Assembly: GCA_044352465.1 (NCBI GenBank)
Contig: JBILDU010000001.1
Span: 84,211-148,210, forward strand
Reading direction: 5' to 3'
From: Bdellovibrionota bacterium
GTDB taxonomy: Bacteria; Bdellovibrionota_C; UBA2361
DNA: 64,000 bases
The position numbers and the translations under genes were made by a program. Shown here piece by piece: positions 29,301 to 38,599 of the stretch. Under the pieces are notes generated by a model, which worked only from the letters and a program-made list of their open reading frames with translations, was not told the DNA's origin and did not search any database. Numbering within the stretch: position 1 is the stretch's first letter; each line of letters begins with the position of its first letter.

Positions 29301-29672
29301 TTTGCGGTTCAATGGGAATACGGCGAGATCAAGGGTTTGAAATTGCGATTCGATGGGGGCCTCGAGATCGACCGTTACGGGGGGGGCTTCGGCTGGGATA
29401 AGGGTAAGCCGGGCCCCAGGGCGGTACGGCATGCCGATGTCACGTGCCGCGGTATGGGCGCGTACGATTCCAGCGAGGGTTGTGTGATCGGCGAGGCCGA
29501 GCGCGGCATAGCCCAATTCTGCAGCGGTGGCGACGTATTCTTCCGGGTGGCTCGCACCACGTAGGAAAGAGAAGTTCGTCGTTATCAGAAACTCGGCGTA
29601 GCTCGGTCGTTTCGGCGCGCGCCGCACGGGGAGGATCGGAGGTTTTATCTTATCGTAGGGCTTATCGGGCAT
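26358..29672 (-). CDS. dnaE2: error-prone DNA polymerase III alpha subunit
   Basis: 1104 aa. N-terminal PHP domain begins PSYAEFLITTNFSFLRGASHPEE, typical of DnaE2/ImuC. Sits downstream of imuA-imuB. Confidence 0.88.
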   Translation of the reverse strand: MPDKPYDKIKPPILPVRRAPKRPSYAEFLITTNFSFLRGASHPEEYVATAAELGYAALGLADHTTLAGIVRAHTAARDIGMPYRPGARLTLIPAEAPPVTVDLEAPIESQFQTLDLAVFPLNRKGYGNLCSLLTLGKTRLPGARCLLTTTDFLNYHQGLAVIVIPPPLPTVRDSSAPPLDIVPIVGALLNAATDRAVWSMALTKNYDFFCPRALEMTRATATTLTLPLIATNDPYYHSRARRPLHDVLTAIRAGCTVHTAGFKLFPNGERYLKPVEEMERLFRDDRPALHRTLELTEMTAGFSLDELRYEYPTEICPAGHDVHTYLTTKTWGGAEERYPNGIPPKVEQAIREELHLIKDLQYEKYFLTCHDIVRFARSRGILCQGRGAAANSVVCFCLGITSVDPATIDLLFARFVSKERNEPPDIDIDFEHERREEVIQYIYSKYGRNRAGLTCAVITYRYRSAIREVGKALGLSLEIVDKLAKLVHRWTDCIIAAEDLKALGLDPDDTTIQNAIRLSHELLGFPRHLSQHVGGFIISQEPLSETVPIRNSGMADRTIIEWDKDDIDALGMLKIDVLALGMLTCIRKALELVNNRRQEENKASLQLHSIPQNDSSVYDMICRADTVGVFQIESRAQMSMLPRLRPRCFYDLVIEVAIVRPGPIHGNMVHPYLKRRSGKEKVHFPDEQVKAILGKTLGVPLFQEQAMRLAIVLADFSPGEAEKLRRAMAAWKRNKEVITTFKQKIVAGMTRNGYSVEFAETCMEQIKGFSEYGFPESHAASFAHLVYASAWIKHHYPAEFAAALLNSQPMGFYAPAQIVRDAQEHGVCVREADIAYSGWDARLEEDETSKRPAVRLGLRLFKGLPHREAELLVSSYERHPASKTIEEFWLAVTSDYSESSERPYRSTLQTLARGDAFSSFGLNRREALWAIKALPEIPLPVDRATLPYQNNTPAKAFLPTTTAQQEMFADYAASGLSLKGHPIGFIRHELTKRNVFTAGALKKLTRLPRERTVSVAGVAIIRQRPGTAKGVVFITLEDETGITNLIIRPDVFEKYRRIVLSSSCLLATGILERIGEVIYINTFALESIDDLIAGRAQEGQSYSY

Positions 29673-29707
29673 AGGTAGTTAGCAGAGAATAGAGTGAGAA
29701 AAAATTC

Positions 29708-31363
29708 TCATACCCACACCCCGTGGACGAACCATTCGTGGGTGTGGTTATTCCGAAATACCCAGAGCCACGCTCCGTTTTCGGTCTGAACTTTAAAGTA
29801 ATCGCGCTCTTCCGCGGGGAGAGCGACATCCCCATGCCACCATTCCGGAGCGATCCGCTCTGGTCCGGTACCGTAGGTAATCTTTCCTCCACTGTGTCGC
29901 CAATCGATCCAGGAGGGCGGTTTGTCGGGGAGCATCGCGATAACTTTAGCTCGCTCAGGAGGCGAAAGAAGGTGCGGTGGTCGATCGACAATGAGGCTTT
30001 TGGTGGGGGCGCTCGGGAGCGGTTTCTTGCCGTCCGCGCGGATCGGCTCGAACGAAAAGCTGCGCTCGGGGATGTACGATGGGTGAAAAACCGCTCGCCG
30101 TACCCGCTCCTCTCCAAGTCCTACGACGAAGGTGTTCAACAGTTCGTTCCGCGCCCCTTCAATAATCGTCGTTTCGGGATCATCAAAGAAATCGTTTTGG
30201 GTATGGAGCGCCCGCTCGATATTATCGGCGGCAACGACGATGAGTTCCGCCCCCTCTTCAAACCGCATCGCTTCGATAGTCGGTGTGACGATAGAAGCGA
30301 GGTGGGAAAACTTTGTGGTGCTGCTGGTCAGGTGGATAGTTCGAAGGAGCGTCTTCTTGGTGCGCTCAAGGGAGCGTCCCTCGAGATAGACAAAAAAAGT
30401 ACGCGCTGTGTAACCACTCGTAGCGAGCCGCTTCAGAAGTTTTTCGATAAGTTTTATAATCGCGCGTGTCAGAGCGGCGTGGTGAGTCAGTGGGACATCG
30501 AAGTGTGCTGTCGTTCGAAAAATAGTCGGCAGAGGGAGTGCTCGCAGCGATTCTTCAACCCGGCCGAGTGCTTGATCGAGGCGGTTGAGAAGAAGGTGTC
30601 CGAAGCGAACGGTGAGGGTACGCGCGGGGATCTTTAAGAGTTCGCCGATTCGGGTTACTCCGACTTCATGGAGCGCTGTGCGTGTCGTGAGAGGGAGTCG
30701 TAACGCTTCAATCGGTAGAAGCGCGAGTGAGGTGCGTAGACTCGCTGTGTCGTTCACCTGCACGAGCGATTGCCCACCAAATCGTGCGAGTGCCCACGCC
30801 CCCCCGAGGGTAGGTGCGACTGCAGTGAATGCTGTGACTCCGCTGTGCGTGAAGCGATGCAGTAGTTTCCTTAAGAGCTCCTCAGTTTCGCCGTGGAGCC
30901 GCTCAGTGCCGGTAAGGTCAACGATGACTCCCCAGCGGAGGGAATCGGCGAAAAGATCGCTTTCGCGCCCCGTTTTCTTTGTTTCGAGGATCGGTGAGTG
31001 CAGTTCGGGGTCGAGCCCGACCAGGGGACTTAATCGCCCCATCCACCGGGCGATTTCAGTGAGGGCTTTGACGTCATCGCGAGGATGAAACGGGTGCACG
31101 ACGATCGCCGGGAGAAGCGCGCGCGCGAGGGCGAGATCCATCCCGGTCTGCACCCCAGCGCGGGCGCACTCCGTGCAGAACCGTTTGACGACGACGTGAT
31201 TCGCGTCGCTTGAGACGAGGGCGTATGGACCGGGGCGCTCAGGCGCGGCGCCGGTCTCGCGCGCTCTCTCCCGAAGTCGACGACGTGCTACGTCGATCGG
31301 CCACAGAGGGAGATAGATGGAGAGGTACGTTTTGGTCGTCATCGCTGCCGCACAGCTCCACAC
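29708..31363 (-). CDS. imuB: ImuB, Y-family-polymerase-like mutagenesis protein
   Basis: 551 aa. N-terminal YLSIYLPLWPIDV... matches the catalytically inactive UmuC/DinB-like fold. The likely start is the internal Met at 31342, which would reduce the imuA overlap. Confidence 0.7.
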   Translation of the reverse strand: MWSCAAAMTTKTYLSIYLPLWPIDVARRRLRERARETGAAPERPGPYALVSSDANHVVVKRFCTECARAGVQTGMDLALARALLPAIVVHPFHPRDDVKALTEIARWMGRLSPLVGLDPELHSPILETKKTGRESDLFADSLRWGVIVDLTGTERLHGETEELLRKLLHRFTHSGVTAFTAVAPTLGGAWALARFGGQSLVQVNDTASLRTSLALLPIEALRLPLTTRTALHEVGVTRIGELLKIPARTLTVRFGHLLLNRLDQALGRVEESLRALPLPTIFRTTAHFDVPLTHHAALTRAIIKLIEKLLKRLATSGYTARTFFVYLEGRSLERTKKTLLRTIHLTSSTTKFSHLASIVTPTIEAMRFEEGAELIVVAADNIERALHTQNDFFDDPETTIIEGARNELLNTFVVGLGEERVRRAVFHPSYIPERSFSFEPIRADGKKPLPSAPTKSLIVDRPPHLLSPPERAKVIAMLPDKPPSWIDWRHSGGKITYGTGPERIAPEWWHGDVALPAEERDYFKVQTENGAWLWVFRNNHTHEWFVHGVWV

Positions 31364-32246
31364 CCCACGTTGTTTTACGAGGAGCGGATCCTTTGTATTT
31401 TAAAAGCTCGATAATCCACCGAGGGTGGGAAGTCGTCGAAACCTCGGGGCGAATAAGCCATCGTGTTGTAAAAGCAGTGGCGGTGTCTTGCGGGCGTCCA
31501 CCTTGGCGTATGGGACGATAAAAAAGACCGATCGTATCTCCGGTGCGAGAAGCTAAGAGAAAACGTCGGCTGAGGGCGAATGAGATCTTTGGAAGCGATG
31601 CGATGACTACTCCAACAGCCGGAGAACGCAGTGCTGTATCGATAGTCCAAAAAGTTGCTTTCTGATTCGGCGGATCGAGAAAAAGACATCGCGAAAGGCT
31701 GCCGCTTACAGTTGAAGCGGGTTCTCGCTCGGAAAGAGCAGTAATTTGAGGCGGTATGCTATGAGCGGGTGCGTGAAAAATATGATCGAGGAAATGAGGG
31801 GTAGGCCAGGCGCTTTTACCGATCCAGGCAGCCAGCTTTGAGGTGGAGGGTGTTTCCTTCAAACCGAACCGATGAACTATCGCTCCGATCGCCGAGACTA
31901 TGGCGCTCGGAGCTTCTCTCAATCCGCTCTCAACGAAGAGCTCGTGAGCTGTGCCCGGGAGGAACCCCCCTTCGGGTAAGAGATCATCGAGTCCTGTCAC
32001 CTTGAACGGCTGGATAGCATTCGGGCGTCGGGCGCGGCCGATGCGGTTTCCGTATCCCGCTTTATTTTCGGCGAGCCAGAGAAGCCCGCGCGTACAGAGA
32101 GCCTCGATCGCAGCCGCGTTGTTTGTTGCGCTTTCGCCAACTTCTAAAGAAGGGATCGCTGGTAATAATCTTTGTGCCTCGGTTGGCATATCGTGCCGTC
32201 CCGCTAACCACTCGTTTTTATTGCTTGATATCTTTTTCTGCGTCAT
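31239..32246 (-). CDS. imuA: ImuA, RecA/SulA-like inducible mutagenesis protein
   Basis: Motif GLDDLLPEGGFLPGTAHELF matches the ImuA signature LDxxLPGGGLxxGxLHE. First gene of the cassette. Confidence 0.7.
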   Translation of the reverse strand: MTQKKISSNKNEWLAGRHDMPTEAQRLLPAIPSLEVGESATNNAAAIEALCTRGLLWLAENKAGYGNRIGRARRPNAIQPFKVTGLDDLLPEGGFLPGTAHELFVESGLREAPSAIVSAIGAIVHRFGLKETPSTSKLAAWIGKSAWPTPHFLDHIFHAPAHSIPPQITALSEREPASTVSGSLSRCLFLDPPNQKATFWTIDTALRSPAVGVVIASLPKISFALSRRFLLASRTGDTIGLFYRPIRQGGRPQDTATAFTTRWLIRPEVSTTSHPRWIIELLKYKGSAPRKTTWGVELCGSDDDQNVPLHLSPSVADRRSTSSTSGESARDRRRA

Positions 32247-32657
32247 TGAAGTGAGTCTCTGAGCGAGCGTTAATTCTATTATTATTCTATATCAAATAAA
32301 GATGCAATAGGGCAGATTCGCGATGCCAGCGTTGACCCGGCTAAGCGGCGGAGGGGGGATCTGATCATTTTTAGTGCTTTTGGGTGTTTCAATCGGGTAT
32401 ACCAGCGCGTGGAGGTGCGAAAAACACCACAAAGGTTCCGTTCGCCCGAGAGGCGATCCCCCGTTTTTACATTTCTGGGCCGTGGGTAGAGGGAGAGATT
32501 TTATACCGGCATCACGCCGTCGGCGGTGGTCTATGCAAAGCGCGCTTTGTGTACACCACCGTCAACGGTTCTAACGATCGACATACCAAATCGAGGGAGA
32601 CCTCGAATGTTGAACGTCCGTTGGTTGGTGCTGTGTCCCCATGAAGGAGCCATCATC

Positions 32658-33065
32658 ATGGCTAAGTCCCCGTGCGCCAAAGTGCGCATCCGTCGTGAAG
32701 CTGAAGACGGCCTCGTCCACCTCAGCAGTGGAGCCGAGGACGTCCCCCTCATCGACGTTCGTGCGCGGCGCTTCCAGTTCGAGTCGGGCGCTAGACTCCT
32801 CGTCAAGGTCACCCGTCGTCGTAACCGCCTCACGGCGTTCATCGATGCGGGTGATGGTGTGGAGCTCGTGGCCCCGAACGGCAACTCTTCCATGATGTGG
32901 TTCCGGGTGGAGTTCAAGCTGGAGGAGGGTCGGATGTGCGATGTCAGAATCGTGCCTGGCCCCAAGACCGAGGACTCGCGCGATCGCTACCAGCGGTTTC
33001 GTGAACTCGTCGATGAGGAGGAGGCTAACCAAGGGTTCGTCGACGCTGATACGAGCGCGGTGTGA
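32658..33065 (+). CDS. hypothetical protein divergent from imuA
   Basis: AGGAG RBS lies 8 nt upstream of the ATG at 32658 (MAKSPCAKVRIRREAEDG...). About 135 aa with no recognisable motif. The ORF track extends it to 32526. Confidence 0.4.
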   Translation: MAKSPCAKVRIRREAEDGLVHLSSGAEDVPLIDVRARRFQFESGARLLVKVTRRRNRLTAFIDAGDGVELVAPNGNSSMMWFRVEFKLEEGRMCDVRIVPGPKTEDSRDRYQRFRELVDEEEANQGFVDADTSAV

Positions 33066-33282
33066 CGAATCCTAGGTGGTGATGCATTCGTGCGCATCTC
33101 CTGATCGGATGGCGAAATCACTCCCTCGAACACACCCCTCAAAGGTGTTTTCTTGGTTGTGCTTCGCCCTCCGACATATCACGCCAGCGAACGCAGCAAG
33201 CCAGCGAGCTGTCGCCCTGCCTTCGCCCGCGAAGATCTCGCCTGCTACTAACGCGCCAAGAGCGCGCCGGCACGACAAGCTC

Positions 33283-33870
33283 CTACGTTTTATAACTTGA
33301 GGGGCTCCAGCAAGTTACAAGAACCATCCGTTCTCCGGCGGTTACCGGCTCGACTCCGTGGACGATGATCCCACGAGAGATAAAAAGGGAATAAGGCGGG
33401 ATATCGGGGTAATTGCGTGCCCCGTTTCGCTCCTCGAAGTACGCCCCACCTTCGTAGGTTCTCCCGAAATGAAATATGGCGAAGACGTCATCGTTACCGT
33501 GACGGTGCGCGGGTAGCGCCGAGCCAACAGGCATACGATGTAGCTGCGCTCCTTCAGCGAAGCGACGCTCCTCGAGGATGCCACTCATCAATGCGATCGC
33601 TTCGGGGGAGCGGAGCCTGTCGTTTATTGAGCGGGCCTCAACCCCGAAGTCCTGTAAGACCCCTCGGCTCCGAATATCTGAAATTCGAATGCCGTCTTCT
33701 TTGCTAAAAGAAGCTTCACGGAAGGACAAATTGCCGAGGACGTCCTCTATATGGCGAAGCTCAAAAATACCCCGCAGCTCCTGCTCCCGAATCGTCACCG
33801 TGTCGTTCGCGCGAATAGTCGCAGCGAGCTCCGGTACGTTTCGGATGTCGGTGTGTTGGTGTCGTTCCAT
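33283..33870 (-). CDS. cupin / Fe(II)-2OG-oxygenase-like protein
   Basis: 195 aa. HRHGNDD...IVHGVEPV looks like a metal-binding facial triad, and MVLVTCW ends a beta-rich core. Confidence 0.3.
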   Translation of the reverse strand: MERHQHTDIRNVPELAATIRANDTVTIREQELRGIFELRHIEDVLGNLSFREASFSKEDGIRISDIRSRGVLQDFGVEARSINDRLRSPEAIALMSGILEERRFAEGAQLHRMPVGSALPAHRHGNDDVFAIFHFGRTYEGGAYFEERNGARNYPDIPPYSLFISRGIIVHGVEPVTAGERMVLVTCWSPSSYKT

Positions 33871-34216
33871 GGCGCCGAAGGTTACGCTGTTAGGCGGCCG
33901 AGCTCAATAGAAATGTTTAAAAACACCACCCGTCGTGATCGCACTCATAAGCATCGATGCTCCGGTGTGGTGAGATGCTTGGACATCGGCTCTGTATGGG
34001 GGACGGCAAGCTCGATAAGCGAAGCGTCATCCAGCAGGGCCGATTTTTTTTGAGGTGTCGAGCCGCGGACATGTGGCTGGAGTGCTCTGGAGCGTCCAGA
34101 GGATTTGGCCCAACTTTAAAAATGGGTAGGTGCCGATGAGGGAGGCCGCCGCTCGTACTCTGTCCCAAAAGTCTGTTCACCTGAGAGCCGGCTCGTGGAT
34201 GGAACCCGAGGGCGGA

Positions 34217-34630
34217 TCACTCATTCGTGGGATTCGTTACTTCGGGCAGGAGCGGAATTCCGGAGAGGTCGCTCTCGAACGGCTCCGTTGTGCTCGGAGA
34301 TAGGGGGGTTGCCCGCTCGACATGGGTGCTTGGGGTCTCATAGTCCCGATCGTGGTGCAGTCCCCGAACGGTGCGACTCTCCTCGGTGATGTTGCGCGGT
34401 TCGGTTACCCGCGAGGTCTCCGGTGACTCCGTCTCCGGAAGGTTGAGACGAGCTCGTTCCGGAGCGTGTGTCGATTCGATCGTTGGTTGGGGGATAGGTG
34501 GCGTTAGATCGGTGGCGCCGAGCTTTGCGTTTGGTTGCGCTAGTCCCATAACCCCGACGGTCGCCATAAGCACGGTGAGAAACAAGTTCCCGATGCCGCT
34601 ATTGGATGTACGAAAATTTCGATACGTCAT
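34217..34630 (-). CDS. small membrane-anchored low-complexity protein
   Basis: 137 aa with an N-terminal hydrophobic segment (GNLFLTVLMATVGVMGLA), then a Pro/Thr/Glu-rich tail. Confidence 0.3.
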   Translation of the reverse strand: MTYRNFRTSNSGIGNLFLTVLMATVGVMGLAQPNAKLGATDLTPPIPQPTIESTHAPERARLNLPETESPETSRVTEPRNITEESRTVRGLHHDRDYETPSTHVERATPLSPSTTEPFESDLSGIPLLPEVTNPTNE

Positions 34631-34711
34631 TGTCCCGCCTCAGTAGTCCACTTGGAAGAATTCGCGAGAGGGACCGTATCGTGGAAGAATCGACCGCCTT
34701 TATGAGCCGAG

Positions 34712-35608
34712 TCATGACTGCGCAGCGGCGGTGATAAGTTGCGCAAGGTGGGTGATAATCGGGGTTGCAACGTCGATTCCAGTAGTTGATTCGATCCCGC
34801 TTAAGCCGGGAGAGGAGTTTACCTCAAGGATAAGTGGCCCAAGGTCGGTTTCGATGATATCGACCCCAGCGATTGAGAGTCCCATGGCGTGAGTCGCTCG
34901 GAGAGCGAGCTCTTCGAGCGCAGGATCGAGTGTAAGCCGTTCCGCCGTACCTCCGCGGTGGAGATTGCTGCGAAACTCGCCGAACCGGCCGTGGCGACAC
35001 ATCGCGGCAATAACCCTATCACCAACGACAAAGGCGCGGATATCTGATGACCGCGCTTCGGGAAAATATCTCTGAATAATAATCGGTAGTCGATTCGCCA
35101 GCATTGTTTCCGCGATCGCGCTTGCGCTGGTCGGGCTTTCGGCCAACATCACGCCGACTCCTTGAGAGCCGTGCACGGTCTTCACGATATATTGCGATCC
35201 CCCCAGGAGATGGAGGGCACCTCGAATATCGCTCGCGCGTCGCACGGCGATCGAGGGGGGGACTGGAAGGTTGAGCTGGCGCAGCCGTTGAGCGGTATGA
35301 AGCTTGTCGTGTGAGGCGCGGATCGATTCACTTACGTTTATCGCGACACACCCGGTAGCTTCGAACTGTTTGAGGACGGCGAGCCCAAACGGATCGCTCG
35401 CCGCGCTAAGCCGCGGAATGACCCCATGAAAGCGGGGGAGCCGCGTACCTTTGAAAAAAAGCGCGATCCCCGCAGGCTCGACCACCAAGGTAAGATCGGA
35501 CGCTGCGACAAGCTCCATCGAGTGGCCGCAGGCGAGAGCAGCTTCGCGCAGCCGCACTGAGCTTGGCGATGAGGTGTGCTCGACGTTTAAGGTAACAAGA
35601 TTCACCAT
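34712..35608 (-). CDS. rimK: RimK-family ATP-grasp ligase (alpha-L-glutamate ligase)
   Basis: 298 aa ATP-grasp enzyme with C-terminal motif LEVNSSPGLSGIESTTGIDVATPII. Confidence 0.7.
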   Translation of the reverse strand: MVNLVTLNVEHTSSPSSVRLREAALACGHSMELVAASDLTLVVEPAGIALFFKGTRLPRFHGVIPRLSAASDPFGLAVLKQFEATGCVAINVSESIRASHDKLHTAQRLRQLNLPVPPSIAVRRASDIRGALHLLGGSQYIVKTVHGSQGVGVMLAESPTSASAIAETMLANRLPIIIQRYFPEARSSDIRAFVVGDRVIAAMCRHGRFGEFRSNLHRGGTAERLTLDPALEELALRATHAMGLSIAGVDIIETDLGPLILEVNSSPGLSGIESTTGIDVATPIITHLAQLITAAAQS

Positions 35609-35611
35609 CGC

Positions 35612-37072
35612 TTGTCTTTAACCGGGCGAAAGCTCAAAGTGAGTAGCGTAACCATGACACACAACCACCCTCCAGACGAATCGGACCGCACCCCCTCGCT
35701 TCGCGCCGCGGTCAAAGACGGCATGGCTCATTCTGTCATGATCGGCGCCGGTGAGACTTATCTTGGGGTCTACGGCATTTTTCTTCAAGCAACGACCTTG
35801 CAGGTCGGTCTTCTCGCCACATTCCCGGCGTTTCTTGGGGCGATCTTCCAGGCTGTCGCGGTTTTCTTCATGCCTTTTTTTAAGACGCGGCGCCGCCCGA
35901 TCGTGGTGAGCGCCGTTTTAAATGGCCTCATCTGGTTTCCGATCGCGCTCATCCCTTTCGCTTTCGGAGTTGGCCCCCAAGCGGTCTGGGTATTGATATT
36001 TCTGGTAACGATTTATCATATCGCGGGGAACTTTGGCGCCCCGATCTGGAGCAGCCTTATTGGGGATCTCGTCCCAGCTCATCGCCGGGGGCGCTATTTT
36101 GGACGGCGTAATAAGCTCATCGGGCTCTCGACTTTTATCGCCGTTATCGCGGCCGGGCAGACCCTCGAGGTCAGTAAGGATCTTGCGGTTGCAGGGGTCG
36201 GATTTCTTGCCATCTTTATCGTGGCGGGATTAGCCCGTTTACTCTCCGCCCATTGGTTGTGCGGGTACGAGGATCCGGAGCACGTCGTTCGGCGTGAGGA
36301 GATGTTCTCCTTTTATCAATTCATTCGTCGGCTTCCGCACTCGAACTTTGCGCGGTTCGTACTTTTCTTCGCCACGATTAACTTCGCGGTCGCTTTCGCC
36401 GGGCCGTATTTTGCCCTGTACATGCTTCGAGACCTCAAGCTCTCGTATCTGGAGTTTACCCTTCTTTCTGCGGCCGTAACGGTCACTCAGTTTTTCACGA
36501 TGCAGCATTGGGGCCGCATCAATGACCGATTCGGGAGTAAAAAAATTCTTAATATCTGCGGAATCGCGGTCGCGCTTGCCCCGGTTTTATGGCTTTTTTC
36601 GGCTGAGTTTTGGTGGATCCTCTGTATCCAGATCTATGCGGGCTTTGTGTGGGCTGGGTTTAATCTTGCCTCAACTAATTTTATGTTCGATGCGGTGACC
36701 CCGCCAAAGCGTGCCCGTTGCGCGGCCTATCAATCGTTGGTGAATGCAGCTTTTGTTCTCTTGGGATCGTTTCTGGGGGGCTGGACTGCCGAGCTTATTC
36801 CGACCGATATCCCACTCGGCTTTACGACCCTGGAGCTCTCGTCCCCGCTCCTCGTTCTTTTTTTCCTCTCGGGGGTTCTGCGGCTTGTCGCGGCGGCCCT
36901 CCTCCTTCCACGCTTTAAGGAGGTGCGCCCGGTCGAGCAGATTGCCCATCGCCATCTTGTGTTTCAGGTCACCAATCTCCGACCTTTAAGTGGGGCTACC
37001 TTTAGTGTTATTAGTGGGTTCTTCCAGGGACGAAAGGGCAGAGAAAAAAGCCTCGACAAGGAGAAACCATGA
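35612..37072 (+). CDS. MFS transporter
   Basis: About 12 TM helices and an MFS-type loop motif (PAHRRGRYFGRRN). The start may be the internal Met at about 35654. Confidence 0.6.
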   Translation: MSLTGRKLKVSSVTMTHNHPPDESDRTPSLRAAVKDGMAHSVMIGAGETYLGVYGIFLQATTLQVGLLATFPAFLGAIFQAVAVFFMPFFKTRRRPIVVSAVLNGLIWFPIALIPFAFGVGPQAVWVLIFLVTIYHIAGNFGAPIWSSLIGDLVPAHRRGRYFGRRNKLIGLSTFIAVIAAGQTLEVSKDLAVAGVGFLAIFIVAGLARLLSAHWLCGYEDPEHVVRREEMFSFYQFIRRLPHSNFARFVLFFATINFAVAFAGPYFALYMLRDLKLSYLEFTLLSAAVTVTQFFTMQHWGRINDRFGSKKILNICGIAVALAPVLWLFSAEFWWILCIQIYAGFVWAGFNLASTNFMFDAVTPPKRARCAAYQSLVNAAFVLLGSFLGGWTAELIPTDIPLGFTTLELSSPLLVLFFLSGVLRLVAAALLLPRFKEVRPVEQIAHRHLVFQVTNLRPLSGATFSVISGFFQGRKGREKSLDKEKP

Positions 37073-38292
37073 AGCATTATACCGCCGATCAGGTGAAAGC
37101 TGCGAAGAGTTCCGACGCCGTCGGGGGCATTCTTCTCTTTCTCGCCGCAGCGCTCTCCCTTTTTGGAGCTAACTCCCCCTGGAGCGAGAGCTATTTTTCG
37201 CTGATGGGGAGCGAGTGGGCCAAGCATTTCATTCACGCGGTGAATGATGGGCTGATGGTCATCTTTTTCCTCCTCGTCGGGCTCGAGATTAAGCGGGAGT
37301 TTTTAGGGGGCGATCTCGCGACGAAAGCGGAGCGGATCTTACCTATTTCCGCCGCTGCCGGTGGAATGGTGGTACCGGCACTACTCTTTTGGGCGGTCGT
37401 TGGAGAGAGCTCCTTTGCTCACGGCTGGGCCATCCCCTGCGCGACCGATATTGCCTTCTCGCTTGGGGTGCTCGCGTTGGTTGGAAAGCACGTCCCGACA
37501 ACCCTGAAGATATTTTTGACGGCGCTCGCCATCGTTGACGATCTCGGTGCAATCCTGATTATCGCCTTTTTCTACAGCCATGAGCTTGCGCTGATACCGT
37601 TTTTTATCGCCAACTTGATTTTAGCGATTCTGGTCCTCCTTAATCTTAAGGGCGTACGGAGTCTGCCGTTATATCTCTTCCTTGGTCTTTGCATGTGGGC
37701 ATGCGTGTTTAACTCCGGCGTACACGCAACGATTGCGGGTGTGCTGCTCGCGCTTACTATCCCATTCAGGCCGAAGGGAGGTGGTCCGGTTGATGAGCAT
37801 GAGGCACCTCTCTTAAGGCTGGAACATGCCCTGAAGCCGTGGGTGACCTTTCTTATCTTGCCGATTTTTGCGTTTGTGAATTCCGGGGTGAACCTTCAGG
37901 GGGTGACCGCGGCCACTTTTATGGAGCCGCTGACCTTGGCGATAATCGTCGGACTTTTCGTTGGAAAGCAGGTGGGTGTTTTTTCATTCGCCGCACTGGC
38001 GATTAAGCTGGGGTTTGCAAAGATTCCGAACGGCTCCTCGTGGGCACAGCTCTATGGTGTGGCACTCCTTTGCGGGATCGGCTTTACGATGAGTCTCTTT
38101 ATCGGCGATCTCGCTTTTCCAGGGGGGGATGTGACCCCGCAGGTTCGTCTTGGCGTCATCTTTGGCTCGCTGTTATCGATGGTTTTTGGGGCGCTGGTCC
38201 TGAAGTTTGCATGTGCACGGGCGCAGCGGTTGACGGCGTCGGCGAATAGAGGGGCGGATGGAACTTCGTCGGGGATAGTCCAGGAGGGGTAG
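37069..38292 (+). CDS. nhaA: Na+/H+ antiporter NhaA
   Basis: NhaA signature IPCATDIAFSLGVLALVG and overall topology. Confidence 0.85.
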   Translation: MKHYTADQVKAAKSSDAVGGILLFLAAALSLFGANSPWSESYFSLMGSEWAKHFIHAVNDGLMVIFFLLVGLEIKREFLGGDLATKAERILPISAAAGGMVVPALLFWAVVGESSFAHGWAIPCATDIAFSLGVLALVGKHVPTTLKIFLTALAIVDDLGAILIIAFFYSHELALIPFFIANLILAILVLLNLKGVRSLPLYLFLGLCMWACVFNSGVHATIAGVLLALTIPFRPKGGGPVDEHEAPLLRLEHALKPWVTFLILPIFAFVNSGVNLQGVTAATFMEPLTLAIIVGLFVGKQVGVFSFAALAIKLGFAKIPNGSSWAQLYGVALLCGIGFTMSLFIGDLAFPGGDVTPQVRLGVIFGSLLSMVFGALVLKFACARAQRLTASANRGADGTSSGIVQEG

Positions 38293-38363
38293 CTCAGGCG
38301 AGGTCGTAGGGTTCTTTCTGCCTGTGCCCTACCTCAGAAGCTCGTGTACCTGAAAACCGGTCT

Positions 38364-38394
38364 AGCAAAGGGAGTCCGAGCCCTTGCTTTGTCT
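38364..38394 (+). terminator. possible terminator after nhaA
   Basis: Hairpin AGCAAAGGG..CCCTTGCT followed by TTTGTCT. The T-run is weak. Confidence 0.3.
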
Positions 38395-38599
38395 GAGACG
38401 CCTGTGGGTTTCGTTCAGCTTACTTCGACGAGCGCAGTCGACGCGAGTGTCCGGCTGAGCTTACGGCCGAAGCCCGATAATTGCACCTTGCTCCGGTCTC
38501 GATGCGGCGCTCATTGTGTCGCTGCGGCGGTATTTTGAGTAGCGATTAAAAGCGCGGTATCCTGCTTGGAGCCCGTGTGCCAAACGAGGTAATGCTTCG

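Noticed and set aside
29723-30637. 304-aa plus-strand ORF overlapping imuB, and similar long antisense ORFs within dnaE2 and the 1308-aa gene
   Set aside because: They show GC-rich antisense frame artefacts. Their composition is Arg/Ser-rich with no motifs, and they are fully embedded in confidently assigned genes.
32247-32657. Searched the imuA leader for LexA/SOS boxes of the common types
   Set aside because: No convincing dyad was found. Only a GTTCcGTTCg direct repeat near 32425 is present, and it does not fit known LexA motifs.
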